Source of the DNA: an uncultured Candidatus Actinomarina sp.
Lineage (GTDB): Bacteria > Actinomycetota > Acidimicrobiia > Actinomarinales > Actinomarinaceae
Assembly: GCA_902521955.1 (NCBI GenBank)
Contig: CABYTP010000002.1
Span: 55,404 to 119,403 of the forward strand
Length of the DNA: 64,000 nt
Direction: 5' to 3'
Shown here one piece after another: positions 45,029-52,515 of the stretch. A model generated the notes under the pieces. The model was not told the DNA's origin, made no database searches, and saw nothing but the letters and a program-made list of their open reading frames with translations. Position numbers and translations under genes: made by a program. Position 1 is the first letter of the stretch. The number at the start of each line of letters is the position of its first letter.

Positions 45029-45832
45029 TTAATTTGGTTGATAGGTACCAAAAAAGACTTGCCATGCAAGACATGTCTTAGCTAGTAAGCTAAGCCAGAT
45101 ATATGCTCTCTCACCGTATAGGTAGTCTTTCCATTTTCCAACTTGTTTATATTGCAAAATCATATTTATAGAAAATGTGTTAAAAAATAGGAATATACTC
45201 ACAAATATCCACACTACAAATTGTGGAACTCCTTGAGGATTAGAATCAGTTGCCACTCCATCTCCTATTAAATTTATAAATATAAATATCCACGGAGCAA
45301 CACCAACAAGACAACCCATAATATAACTTGTCCAATCAACTTTTTCTGTATATTGATTATGGACTTCCATCATCCAGCCAAACCAACACATGGCAGCATT
45401 CATAAAGAATATTCCAGCCAAAGCCCAAATATCATAAATTCCAACAAGTAAAGCAATTAAGACGATCATAACTGATGCACTTATTGAATATTCAATCCAT
45501 CGAACTTTGTTAATTCCTTTTGATAAGTCTTCTTTATATTTGTTATAGAAAGGTCCAGAAATCAAATAGTGTGCAACAGCTGATGCAAGTAAGAAAGTAG
45601 CTACTGCTGGTCCAAAATTTGTAACTTCAGTCCAAATTTCTAATTCAGGAATTAAAGCAAAGCTTGAAGGATCCTCAGGTGAACCAACGCCAACAAGTTG
45701 TGTTAAGGTTATCGGTACGACAAAATCTGAATTGACAACTGTTCCAAGCCAAAATAACAAACCACCCTGTATCAGATGAACGGTTCCCATAATAATATTG
45801 AACCTTTTAAGTTTTTTAATTTTTAAATCCAC
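45029..45832 (-). CDS. heliorhodopsin
   Basis: HLIQG, SAVAHY, NKVRWIEYSISASVM, retinal-Lys motif WLSLLAKTCLAWQVF; 7 TM. Confidence 0.96.
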   Translation of the reverse strand: MDLKIKKLKRFNIIMGTVHLIQGGLLFWLGTVVNSDFVVPITLTQLVGVGSPEDPSSFALIPELEIWTEVTNFGPAVATFLLASAVAHYLISGPFYNKYKEDLSKGINKVRWIEYSISASVMIVLIALLVGIYDIWALAGIFFMNAAMCWFGWMMEVHNQYTEKVDWTSYIMGCLVGVAPWIFIFINLIGDGVATDSNPQGVPQFVVWIFVSIFLFFNTFSINMILQYKQVGKWKDYLYGERAYIWLSLLAKTCLAWQVFFGTYQPN

Positions 45833-45889
45833 TTTTCCCCTTTAATAAATTCTTATGTATAACCTTAGTTTTTAATTTAATATTAAATA

Positions 45890-46084
45890 ATGGATAAACA
45901 ACTTATTTTCTCTGAAATAGAATCAATTATGTTTGATTTAGAAACATTGATCAAATCTCTTGCTAATTCACGAGAATATATAGCAGGTGAAGATTTTTCA
46001 AGAGCATCAGGAAAACTTTCAGAATTAGAGATTGAGCTACAATCCCTAGCCGGTAGAGTAGCCTATATTAAATCAAACCTTTGA
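45890..46084 (+). CDS. small hypothetical helical/coiled-coil protein
   Basis: 64-aa ORF with heptad pattern and TAATAT 6 nt before ATG; divergent from heliorhodopsin. Confidence 0.6.
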   Translation: MDKQLIFSEIESIMFDLETLIKSLANSREYIAGEDFSRASGKLSELEIELQSLAGRVAYIKSNL

Positions 46085-47098
46085 TGGAAAAGTAGTAACT
46101 TCAGATATCTCTACAGTTACTTTATCTCCTGATTCGTAAATTGTATTTGGAAGAGAACGTGCTCTAAAAATTTCGCCTTTATTATTACTAAAAGAAATTA
46201 CTTGATCATGGCCATAAAAGGTACATTCTGTAACTATATAACTACCCTTTGTATCTAGTGTTAACTCTATACATTCCGGCCTTATTGATACATCCAGAGC
46301 GCCATTATATGCAGAAACAAATGAGCCAAGTGAAGTTTCAACTAGGCCATTAACTGAAAACCCTTTAATAATATTTGGATCTCCTACTGAGTTTGCAACT
46401 GTTTGGCTTACAGGATTTAAATAAATTTCTTGAGGAGTAGCACTTTGGATAACTTTTCCATTCTCTAGAACGCTTACTACATCACATACAGAGAGGGCTT
46501 CTTCTTGGTCATGCGTAACAATTATGGCTGTTGTTTCTGTTTCTCTAAGAAGTGATATGACTTCATCTCTTAAATCTCTAGCCATATGGGCATCTAGACT
46601 TGTGAAGGGTTCGTCTAATAAGATTACTTCGGGTTTTGGTGCTATTGCTCTTGCGAGAGCTACTCTTTGCTGTTGACCCCCAGAAAGTTCTTGCGGTAGC
46701 TTGGAACTATAGTTATTTAAATTACACATATTTATAACTTCTTCCAACCTTCCACTTTTAATTTGATCTTTCGATAGTCCAAATGCAATATTACTTTTTA
46801 CATCTAAATGAGGAAATAGTGCATAATCTTGAAAAACCATTCCAACATTTCTTTCTTCAGGTGGTAAATAGATTTCTTCACTAGAAATAATCTCATTTCG
46901 CATTTCAATAATCCCACTATCAGGTTTTTCAAATCCAGCTATAAGTCTAAGAGCTGTAGTCTTTCCGGAACCTGAGACACCTAAAATTCCTACGATTGCA
47001 CCGTTCCAAACGTCAAGATTAAAATCAGACAGGACTTTTTCGGAGCCATAAGATTTAGCTATAGAACGAGCTCTAATGATTAAATTATCGTATGCCAT
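46073..47098 (-). CDS. Fe3+ ABC transporter ATP-binding subunit (FbpC-like)
   Basis: GVSGSGKTT, VFQDYALFPHL, LSGGQQQRVALARA, TOBE-like tail. Confidence 0.9.
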   Translation of the reverse strand: MAYDNLIIRARSIAKSYGSEKVLSDFNLDVWNGAIVGILGVSGSGKTTALRLIAGFEKPDSGIIEMRNEIISSEEIYLPPEERNVGMVFQDYALFPHLDVKSNIAFGLSKDQIKSGRLEEVINMCNLNNYSSKLPQELSGGQQQRVALARAIAPKPEVILLDEPFTSLDAHMARDLRDEVISLLRETETTAIIVTHDQEEALSVCDVVSVLENGKVIQSATPQEIYLNPVSQTVANSVGDPNIIKGFSVNGLVETSLGSFVSAYNGALDVSIRPECIELTLDTKGSYIVTECTFYGHDQVISFSNNKGEIFRARSLPNTIYESGDKVTVEISEVTTFPSKV

Positions 47099-48654
47099 TA
47101 GTTGTCTAAACTCCTCGTACTAAGTATATACGTAGGAAAAGCACTAATTGCCAACAAAATAAATCCGGAAAAAGCAGCTTGAGTAAACAATGCTTCTGAC
47201 GCATTGGACCAAATATCTACAGCCATAGTACTAAAACCAGTTGGTCTTAATAGTAATGTTTGTGGCAACTCTTTCATTGTGGATAAGAATACCAAAGCAG
47301 CTCCTGCAAGAAGTCCTTTATAAATTAAAGGAAAAGTAACTTTAAAAAATGTATCTAATTTTGATAATCCAAGTCCAGCACTTGCTTCAATGTAAGAGAT
47401 TTTAACTTGTTCCATCGATGCTTGTCCCCCTCCAACAGCTTGTGGTAAAAACACAATTAAGTATGAGATTATTAGTGTTATAAAAGTTTGATAAATTGAG
47501 GGGAAAATTTTTATTGTAATAAATAACATCGAAATCCCGACTGCAATGTGTGGTAGACCATAAAGAGTGAGTGTAACTTTTTCAAATAAATCTCCAAATT
47601 TTGATTTATATTGGGAGATCATCACAACGATTGGGGTAGCTATAACCATCGCAAAGAATGATGTTACTGTTGCGGCAGTTAAAGAACCAGCAACACCTGC
47701 TAATGATCCAGATATCTGAATTCCATTAGATATACCCCTAATCAACCAATATGAAAGAACACCAACAGGTAAAAGTAAACTAAAAAATATTACAATGCCG
47801 AAAAATAATAAAACTAAATATTTGCTAGTTTTTGAAAGCTCAATCCTAATTGGCTCTCTTGGTGTACCAGAGACTTTTGCTGACTTACTCATTTCACTAC
47901 CCCTTTGGGCAAAACTTATGATTAATGCAAGAACAATCAAAATCGTTGAGTAAAAAATTACTGGATCACCATTTATATTGATAACATAATAAGAATAAAT
48001 AGCTTTTGTCATTGTTCCATATTTCATTAGGGAAACAGCACCAAAATCAGAAATTACATACAAACCGACTAAAAGTGAAGAATATATCATTGGCTTTTTT
48101 AACCTTGGAATAACCACGCTTGTATACATCTTTATTCTTTTGACGCCTAATGACCTTGCAGCATCTTCAACTGTTGAATCTAAATTCCTCAAGGCACTAC
48201 TGCAAATCAACTGAACATAAGGATATGTAAATAAAGTTAAAACAATCCAGCTTCCAATAAAACCTTCTATTCCTACGATTTCAGATAAACCATATCTAGA
48301 AAATATATCAACAAACAGGCCTTTTGGAGAAAAAGCAGATACATATGTCAAAGCACCAATGTAAGAAGGAATTACAAGGGGTAAAATCGTCAAACTAAAT
48401 AAAAATTTAGATCCAGGAAATTTATACCTAACAGTAAGAATTGATATTGATAATCCCAATAATAGACTTGTGAAAACGACAGCAAAAAAAAGAAATAAAG
48501 TATTAATTAAAAGAGTTGATACATCCCATGAATTTAAAAAACGGGAAAGGTTTTTAGATAAATCTACAAATCTCCAAAATAAATAAAAAAGTGGCATTAA
48601 AAATAAAGAGAGTATAAATACATTAGTTGATAATAAAAGTTTAGGTGTTTTCAC
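47098..48654 (-). CDS. Fe3+ ABC transporter permease (FbpB-like)
   Basis: PLVIPSYIGA, EDAARSLG, DFGAVS, MKELPQTLLLRP. Confidence 0.92.
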   Translation of the reverse strand: MKTPKLLLSTNVFILSLFLMPLFYLFWRFVDLSKNLSRFLNSWDVSTLLINTLFLFFAVVFTSLLLGLSISILTVRYKFPGSKFLFSLTILPLVIPSYIGALTYVSAFSPKGLFVDIFSRYGLSEIVGIEGFIGSWIVLTLFTYPYVQLICSSALRNLDSTVEDAARSLGVKRIKMYTSVVIPRLKKPMIYSSLLVGLYVISDFGAVSLMKYGTMTKAIYSYYVININGDPVIFYSTILIVLALIISFAQRGSEMSKSAKVSGTPREPIRIELSKTSKYLVLLFFGIVIFFSLLLPVGVLSYWLIRGISNGIQISGSLAGVAGSLTAATVTSFFAMVIATPIVVMISQYKSKFGDLFEKVTLTLYGLPHIAVGISMLFITIKIFPSIYQTFITLIISYLIVFLPQAVGGGQASMEQVKISYIEASAGLGLSKLDTFFKVTFPLIYKGLLAGAALVFLSTMKELPQTLLLRPTGFSTMAVDIWSNASEALFTQAAFSGFILLAISAFPTYILSTRSLDN

Positions 48655-48691
48655 AAATTTAAGAATATATTAAAAAATAACTTATTAAAAG

Positions 48692-48729
48692 AAAAAATTC
48701 TGGTCAGATTCCTCTGACCAGAATTTTTT
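48692..48729. terminator. perfect 17-bp inverted repeat, bidirectional terminator-like, after the binding-protein gene
   Basis: AAAAAATTCTGGTCAGA-TTCC-TCTGACCAGAATTTTTT. Confidence 0.9.
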
Positions 48730-48755
48730 GGCTTATGTTGATATTGACGGACGGA

Positions 48756-49874
48756 CTAATATCCGGCTTGAGCAATCAATTCGACAGCTTTTTCTTGCCA
48801 TAAGGCTAGTGCTGACCAGTTCAAGTTTGAAGGAGAGTTCAAACTATTAATGTCTGGCAACAAAGCATTTGGCTCAATACCTTCAACAAGAGGGAACTCG
48901 TATACTGTATTTGTAAATGTCTCTTGAGCTGACTTTGAATGTAAGAATTCAACGAATGCCATAGCTGCTGGTTTATTTTGGCTTGAGGACAAAATTCCAA
49001 CACCTGCAGGCATAACCATTGCTCCACAACCACCATCTAGGAACACATTCTTAATTGGAGCAGAAGGATCTTCTGCTAAAACTCTTAATGTGTAGTAATG
49101 GTTAATCATTCCAATATCAAGTTCACCAGCAGCTGCAGCAGCAACTTGTGGTGAGTTCTTAGGATATTCTCCGTATCCAAGACCATTTATTGTTGTTAAC
49201 CAATCTAGAACTTTTTCTTCACCATCTGATTCGATCATACATGCAACCATTGCTAAGAATGATCCATTAGTTGGTGCTAAACCTAATCTATTTCTAAACT
49301 TTTCATCAGCAAGACCATAAATATCACCAGGTAATTCTGCGTCAGTGACATCTCTTGTGTCAACAACTAGTGATCTTGATCTTCCAGATGTACCAACCCA
49401 GTATCCATTTTTGTCTACTGCCCATGCTGGGACATTGTCTAGAACGCTTTCAGGAAGTCGATCAAACAATCCTTCTTTGGCAATTACACCAAGACTGACA
49501 GGATCTTGAGAAAAGAATACGTCTGCTGGGCTAATAGCTCCTTCAAGAACTACTGTACCTGCTAGAGCCGGGCTCTTTGCGTATCTTACTTCAACTTCAA
49601 CTCCTGAAGTTGCAGCAAACTCTGCAATGATGTCGGCGACTAAGCTTTCTTTTCTACCACTATAGATAACTAGAGTTCCGCCAACTTTGGCTGAATCTTC
49701 TGTTAAAGCAGCTTCTACGGCTGCGTCAATAGCTTCCTGTGATACTTCTCCTGCTGGACCTGCTTCTCCTGCTGGTCCTTGCTCTCCTGCTGGTCCTTGC
49801 TCTCCTGCTGTAGGCGAACAAGCTGTTAAAACCATCATTAAAGCAATTAAAGTAACTGTTAATTTTTTATTCAT
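48756..49874 (-). CDS. Fe3+ ABC transporter substrate-binding lipoprotein (FutA/FbpA-like)
   Basis: Lipobox LTAC, LVIYSGRKE, SPADVF, NHYY tyrosine pair, YEFPL. Confidence 0.92.
   Translation of the reverse strand: MNKKLTVTLIALMMVLTACSPTAGEQGPAGEQGPAGEAGPAGEVSQEAIDAAVEAALTEDSAKVGGTLVIYSGRKESLVADIIAEFAATSGVEVEVRYAKSPALAGTVVLEGAISPADVFFSQDPVSLGVIAKEGLFDRLPESVLDNVPAWAVDKNGYWVGTSGRSRSLVVDTRDVTDAELPGDIYGLADEKFRNRLGLAPTNGSFLAMVACMIESDGEEKVLDWLTTINGLGYGEYPKNSPQVAAAAAGELDIGMINHYYTLRVLAEDPSAPIKNVFLDGGCGAMVMPAGVGILSSSQNKPAAMAFVEFLHSKSAQETFTNTVYEFPLVEGIEPNALLPDINSLNSPSNLNWSALALWQEKAVELIAQAGY
49747..49810. repeat. 18-bp tandem repeat (3.5 copies) encoding collagen-like Gly-X-Y
   Basis: TCTCCTGCTGGTCCTTGC units starting 49747 (variant), 49765, 49783, 49801 (partial). 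Confidence 0.92.
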
Positions 49875-49903
49875 TTTTATTTAACCTTTTGTTTTGCTTA
49901 ACT

Positions 49904-49923
49904 TTGTTAATAGTAGTTAACAA
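49904..49923. promoter_or_regulatory. palindromic operator candidate TTGTTAA-N6-TTAACAA
   Basis: Perfect 7-6-7 inverted repeat over the minus-strand TACTAT -10 of the iron-binding protein gene; second copy at 51276. Confidence 0.65.
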
Positions 49924-50005
49924 CTTTAGTTAACGGTAATTATTTTAGAAAAAAAAATTTTTTTGTGATTTATTATTTTGAATTTTTTATCGTAATATTA
50001 ATCTC

Positions 50006-51025
50006 ATGTCTCTTAATAAAAATGAAGGTGTCCTTTTAATTAACCTTGGTTCTCCAAAAGAACTTTCTAAAAAATCTGTTCGTGAATATTTAAAAGTTTT
50101 TCTATCAGATGATAATGTTGTTGACTTACCTAAAATGTTACAACAGTTTCTACTTCGATTTTTTATTCTTCCATTTAGACCGAAAAAAACACTTGAGGCT
50201 TACGAACTAATATGGACAAAAGAAGGGTCTCCCCTAATTGTGTCAACTCAAAGTATTGCTGAAAAGCTCTCAAAAAAAACTGGTTGGATTGTTGAGTATG
50301 CAATGAGATACGAAGACCCAAGTATTGAAAATGCATTATTAAATTTAAAAAATAAAGGTATAAAAAAAATAAATGTCATATCTCTCTATCCACATAATGC
50401 TATGGCAACAACAATAACTACTGAAATGGAGACAAGACTAGTTGCTAATAAAGTAGACAAAGATTTTGAATTAGTCTTTACGAAACCATTTTTTGATAAC
50501 GAAATCTACATTGATGCTATGACAAATACAATTAAACCCTATTTGGAGAATGAGTCATTTGATAAGATAATTTTTAGTTATCATGGAATACCTAAAAGAC
50601 AAGCCATGAAAACAGATGAGACGGGAGAGCACTGTTTTTCAACAAATGCATGTTGTGAATTAGAAAATCTTGGATCAAAAGATTGTTACAGATCTCACAC
50701 CAGGATAGCCTCTGATCTTACTGCAAAAAAACTAGGTTTAAATGAAAGTGAATGGGAAATTGCTTATCAATCAAGAATCGGCCCTGGTTGGCTAACACCG
50801 TTTACTGATAAAAGATTAGCTCAGCTTCCTGAAGAAGGTAAGGATAAAATTGCTATATTATGCCCTTCATTTATTTCAGATTGTCTTGAAACACTTGAAG
50901 AAATAGATATTAGAGGTAGAAAAACTTTTATAGATGCGGGTGGTAAAGAAATGACTTACATCCCATGTTTGAATGATTCAGACGATACTATTAAATTATT
51001 AGAAAATCTAATTGAGAGTAGCTGA
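50006..51025 (+). CDS. hemH: ferrochelatase with Cys-rich insertion
   Basis: GVLLINLGSP, AMRY, FSYHGIP, YQSRIG..WLTP, FISDCLETLEEI, IPCLND. Confidence 0.95.
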   Translation: MSLNKNEGVLLINLGSPKELSKKSVREYLKVFLSDDNVVDLPKMLQQFLLRFFILPFRPKKTLEAYELIWTKEGSPLIVSTQSIAEKLSKKTGWIVEYAMRYEDPSIENALLNLKNKGIKKINVISLYPHNAMATTITTEMETRLVANKVDKDFELVFTKPFFDNEIYIDAMTNTIKPYLENESFDKIIFSYHGIPKRQAMKTDETGEHCFSTNACCELENLGSKDCYRSHTRIASDLTAKKLGLNESEWEIAYQSRIGPGWLTPFTDKRLAQLPEEGKDKIAILCPSFISDCLETLEEIDIRGRKTFIDAGGKEMTYIPCLNDSDDTIKLLENLIESS

Positions 51026-51127
51026 TTTATTTAACTTTTTAAAATTAGCCGATTTGATAAAGAATTTACCGCCGTTACGGACAAACCACATAAAGCCAGC
51101 AATTAAGTATGCATACGGACACATCAT
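51008..51127 (-). CDS. 39-aa hypothetical peptide with N-terminal CPY (not in ORF track)
   Basis: MMCPYAYLIAGFMWFVRNGGKFFIKSANFKKLNKSATLN; TATAAT 9 nt upstream. Confidence 0.45.
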   Translation of the reverse strand: MMCPYAYLIAGFMWFVRNGGKFFIKSANFKKLNKSATLN

Positions 51128-51167
51128 ATTATTAATATTATACATGAAATAGTAGAATATTAATAAT
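51128..51167. promoter_or_regulatory. 12-bp inverted repeat forming a symmetric divergent promoter
   Basis: ATTATTAATATT (51128-39) and AATATTAATAAT (51156-67), overlapping TATAAT(-) and TAGAAT(+). Confidence 0.5.
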
Positions 51168-51261
51168 GCAAAAAGATCCTAAGCTTGTAAGAAAATATGA
51201 ACCAATCATTTGGCTTCTTTTTTTTGGTTTGACTTTTGCTGTTGGTTGCCCTGCGTTCTAA
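51166..51261 (+). CDS. 31-aa single-TM peptide ending GCPAF (not in ORF track)
   Basis: MQKDPKLVRKYEPIIWLLFFGLTFAVGCPAF; TAGAAT 7 nt upstream. Confidence 0.55.
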   Translation: MQKDPKLVRKYEPIIWLLFFGLTFAVGCPAF

Positions 51262-51275
51262 AAATATACCCTAAT

Positions 51276-51295
51276 AAGTTAATCGCTGTTAACAT
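51276..51295. promoter_or_regulatory. palindromic operator candidate AAGTTAA-N6-TTAACAT
   Basis: Same GTTAA-N6-TTAAC core as 49904; overlaps TGtTAACAT extended -10 of the regulator gene. Confidence 0.65.
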
Positions 51296-51303
51296 ATAAA
51301 TTA

Positions 51304-51987
51304 ATGAATAATAATCCAAATGTATTTCCCCAAAGAGAGATTGAGAAGCTCCCAAATTCTTTTTACTCTCACGCAGAGGCTATATTCCACTTAAGCGAAG
51401 TCGGAATTGAAGTTAAGCAAACTCGTGTAGCTGACTGGCTTGGAGTAAGTAGAGCTAATGTTTCACAAGTAACTGGAAGAATGCAAAACAGCGGTTTGGT
51501 GAAACTTGGTGATGAATTAGAACTTACTGAAAAAGGTTCCTACTTAGCAAAAATGATTTCACGAAGGAGAAGAATTGTAGAGAGATTCTTGTCTGAGATT
51601 CTAGATTTATCTTGGGATAAGGTCTATATGGAAACCAAAAATTGGGAAAATGTATTAAGTCCTATTACTGAAGATGCTATGTTAAAAATACTAGGAAATC
51701 CTACTACTGGTCTATTTGGAAATCCAATTCCTTATTCAGGTTATTTTGAAGGGCCTATGAAAAGACTATTTGATGTTAAAACAAAAAAGAAATACTCTAT
51801 TATAAAAATTTCGGAAGAGCTAAAAAGAGATAGCTCTGTAATTTCATTTCTCCAAAAAAATGAAATACTGCCAGGAAACAAAATATATATATCAGACACT
51901 AATAATTATTCAATAACAGTAAGTGTCAGCAAAGATAAGTTTTTTGGCTTAGATCAGTTTATTGCAGAGAGAGTATTCGTAGGATAA
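51304..51987 (+). CDS. DtxR/IdeR-family transcriptional regulator with degenerate metal sites
   Basis: wHTH VADWLGVSRANVSQ, LELTEKG, WENVLS, GNPTTGLFGNPIP, C-terminal FeoA/SH3-like domain. Confidence 0.88.
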   Translation: MNNNPNVFPQREIEKLPNSFYSHAEAIFHLSEVGIEVKQTRVADWLGVSRANVSQVTGRMQNSGLVKLGDELELTEKGSYLAKMISRRRRIVERFLSEILDLSWDKVYMETKNWENVLSPITEDAMLKILGNPTTGLFGNPIPYSGYFEGPMKRLFDVKTKKKYSIIKISEELKRDSSVISFLQKNEILPGNKIYISDTNNYSITVSVSKDKFFGLDQFIAERVFVG

Positions 51988-52027
51988 TACAATTTATGGT
52001 TATTAAAAAAATTTTTATAATTAAAGT

Positions 52028-52510
52028 ATGAGCAATCTTCTATCAAACATTCCATATGAAATATTCAGCTACATTGGTGGTGCGATATTTATTTTTATAA
52101 TTTTGTATAAATTTTTTCCTAGTTTATTTATAAAAATTCATAAGCCTATATTTTTTACAATTGGAATTTTGTCATTGTCCTTAGGCTATATTGGAATCGT
52201 AGTTCCGGGCCTGCCTACAACAGTATTTATTTTGATTGCTGCATGGGCATTTTCAAAATGTTCCGAGAGATTTACATTGTGGTTAGAAAATCACAAAATT
52301 TTTGGACCTATTATTCTCAATTGGAAAAGGTACAGAGGTTTGTCAAGAAGGGCAAAAAAACTTGCTATTTCAATGATAATTCCAACTTTTGCGTTGACAA
52401 TTTACTTAGTTTTTTCATTAGTGGGCGACTTAATCTTTGGAGGGTTTGGAATAGCTCTTTGTACATGGTTAGCAACTCGTCCCGAACCACCTTTAGAAAC
52501 AGGAATTTAA
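52028..52510 (+). CDS. YbaN/DUF454-family membrane protein
   Basis: GIVVPGLPTTVFILIAAWAFSKCSERF..WL..HKIFGP..NW. Confidence 0.87.
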   Translation: MSNLLSNIPYEIFSYIGGAIFIFIILYKFFPSLFIKIHKPIFFTIGILSLSLGYIGIVVPGLPTTVFILIAAWAFSKCSERFTLWLENHKIFGPIILNWKRYRGLSRRAKKLAISMIIPTFALTIYLVFSLVGDLIFGGFGIALCTWLATRPEPPLETGI

Positions 52511-52515
52511 CTAAT

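Noticed and set aside
49747..49810. Tandem repeat considered as a CRISPR array
   Set aside because: 18-bp head-to-tail units with no spacers, in frame in a CDS, and no cas genes in the window
49687..49884. Plus-strand ORF with SPAGPC repeats
   Set aside because: Antisense read of the collagen-like repeat in the iron-binding protein gene
49949..49964. A9-T7 palindromic run upstream of hemH
   Set aside because: Low-complexity sequence expected in AT-rich spacers
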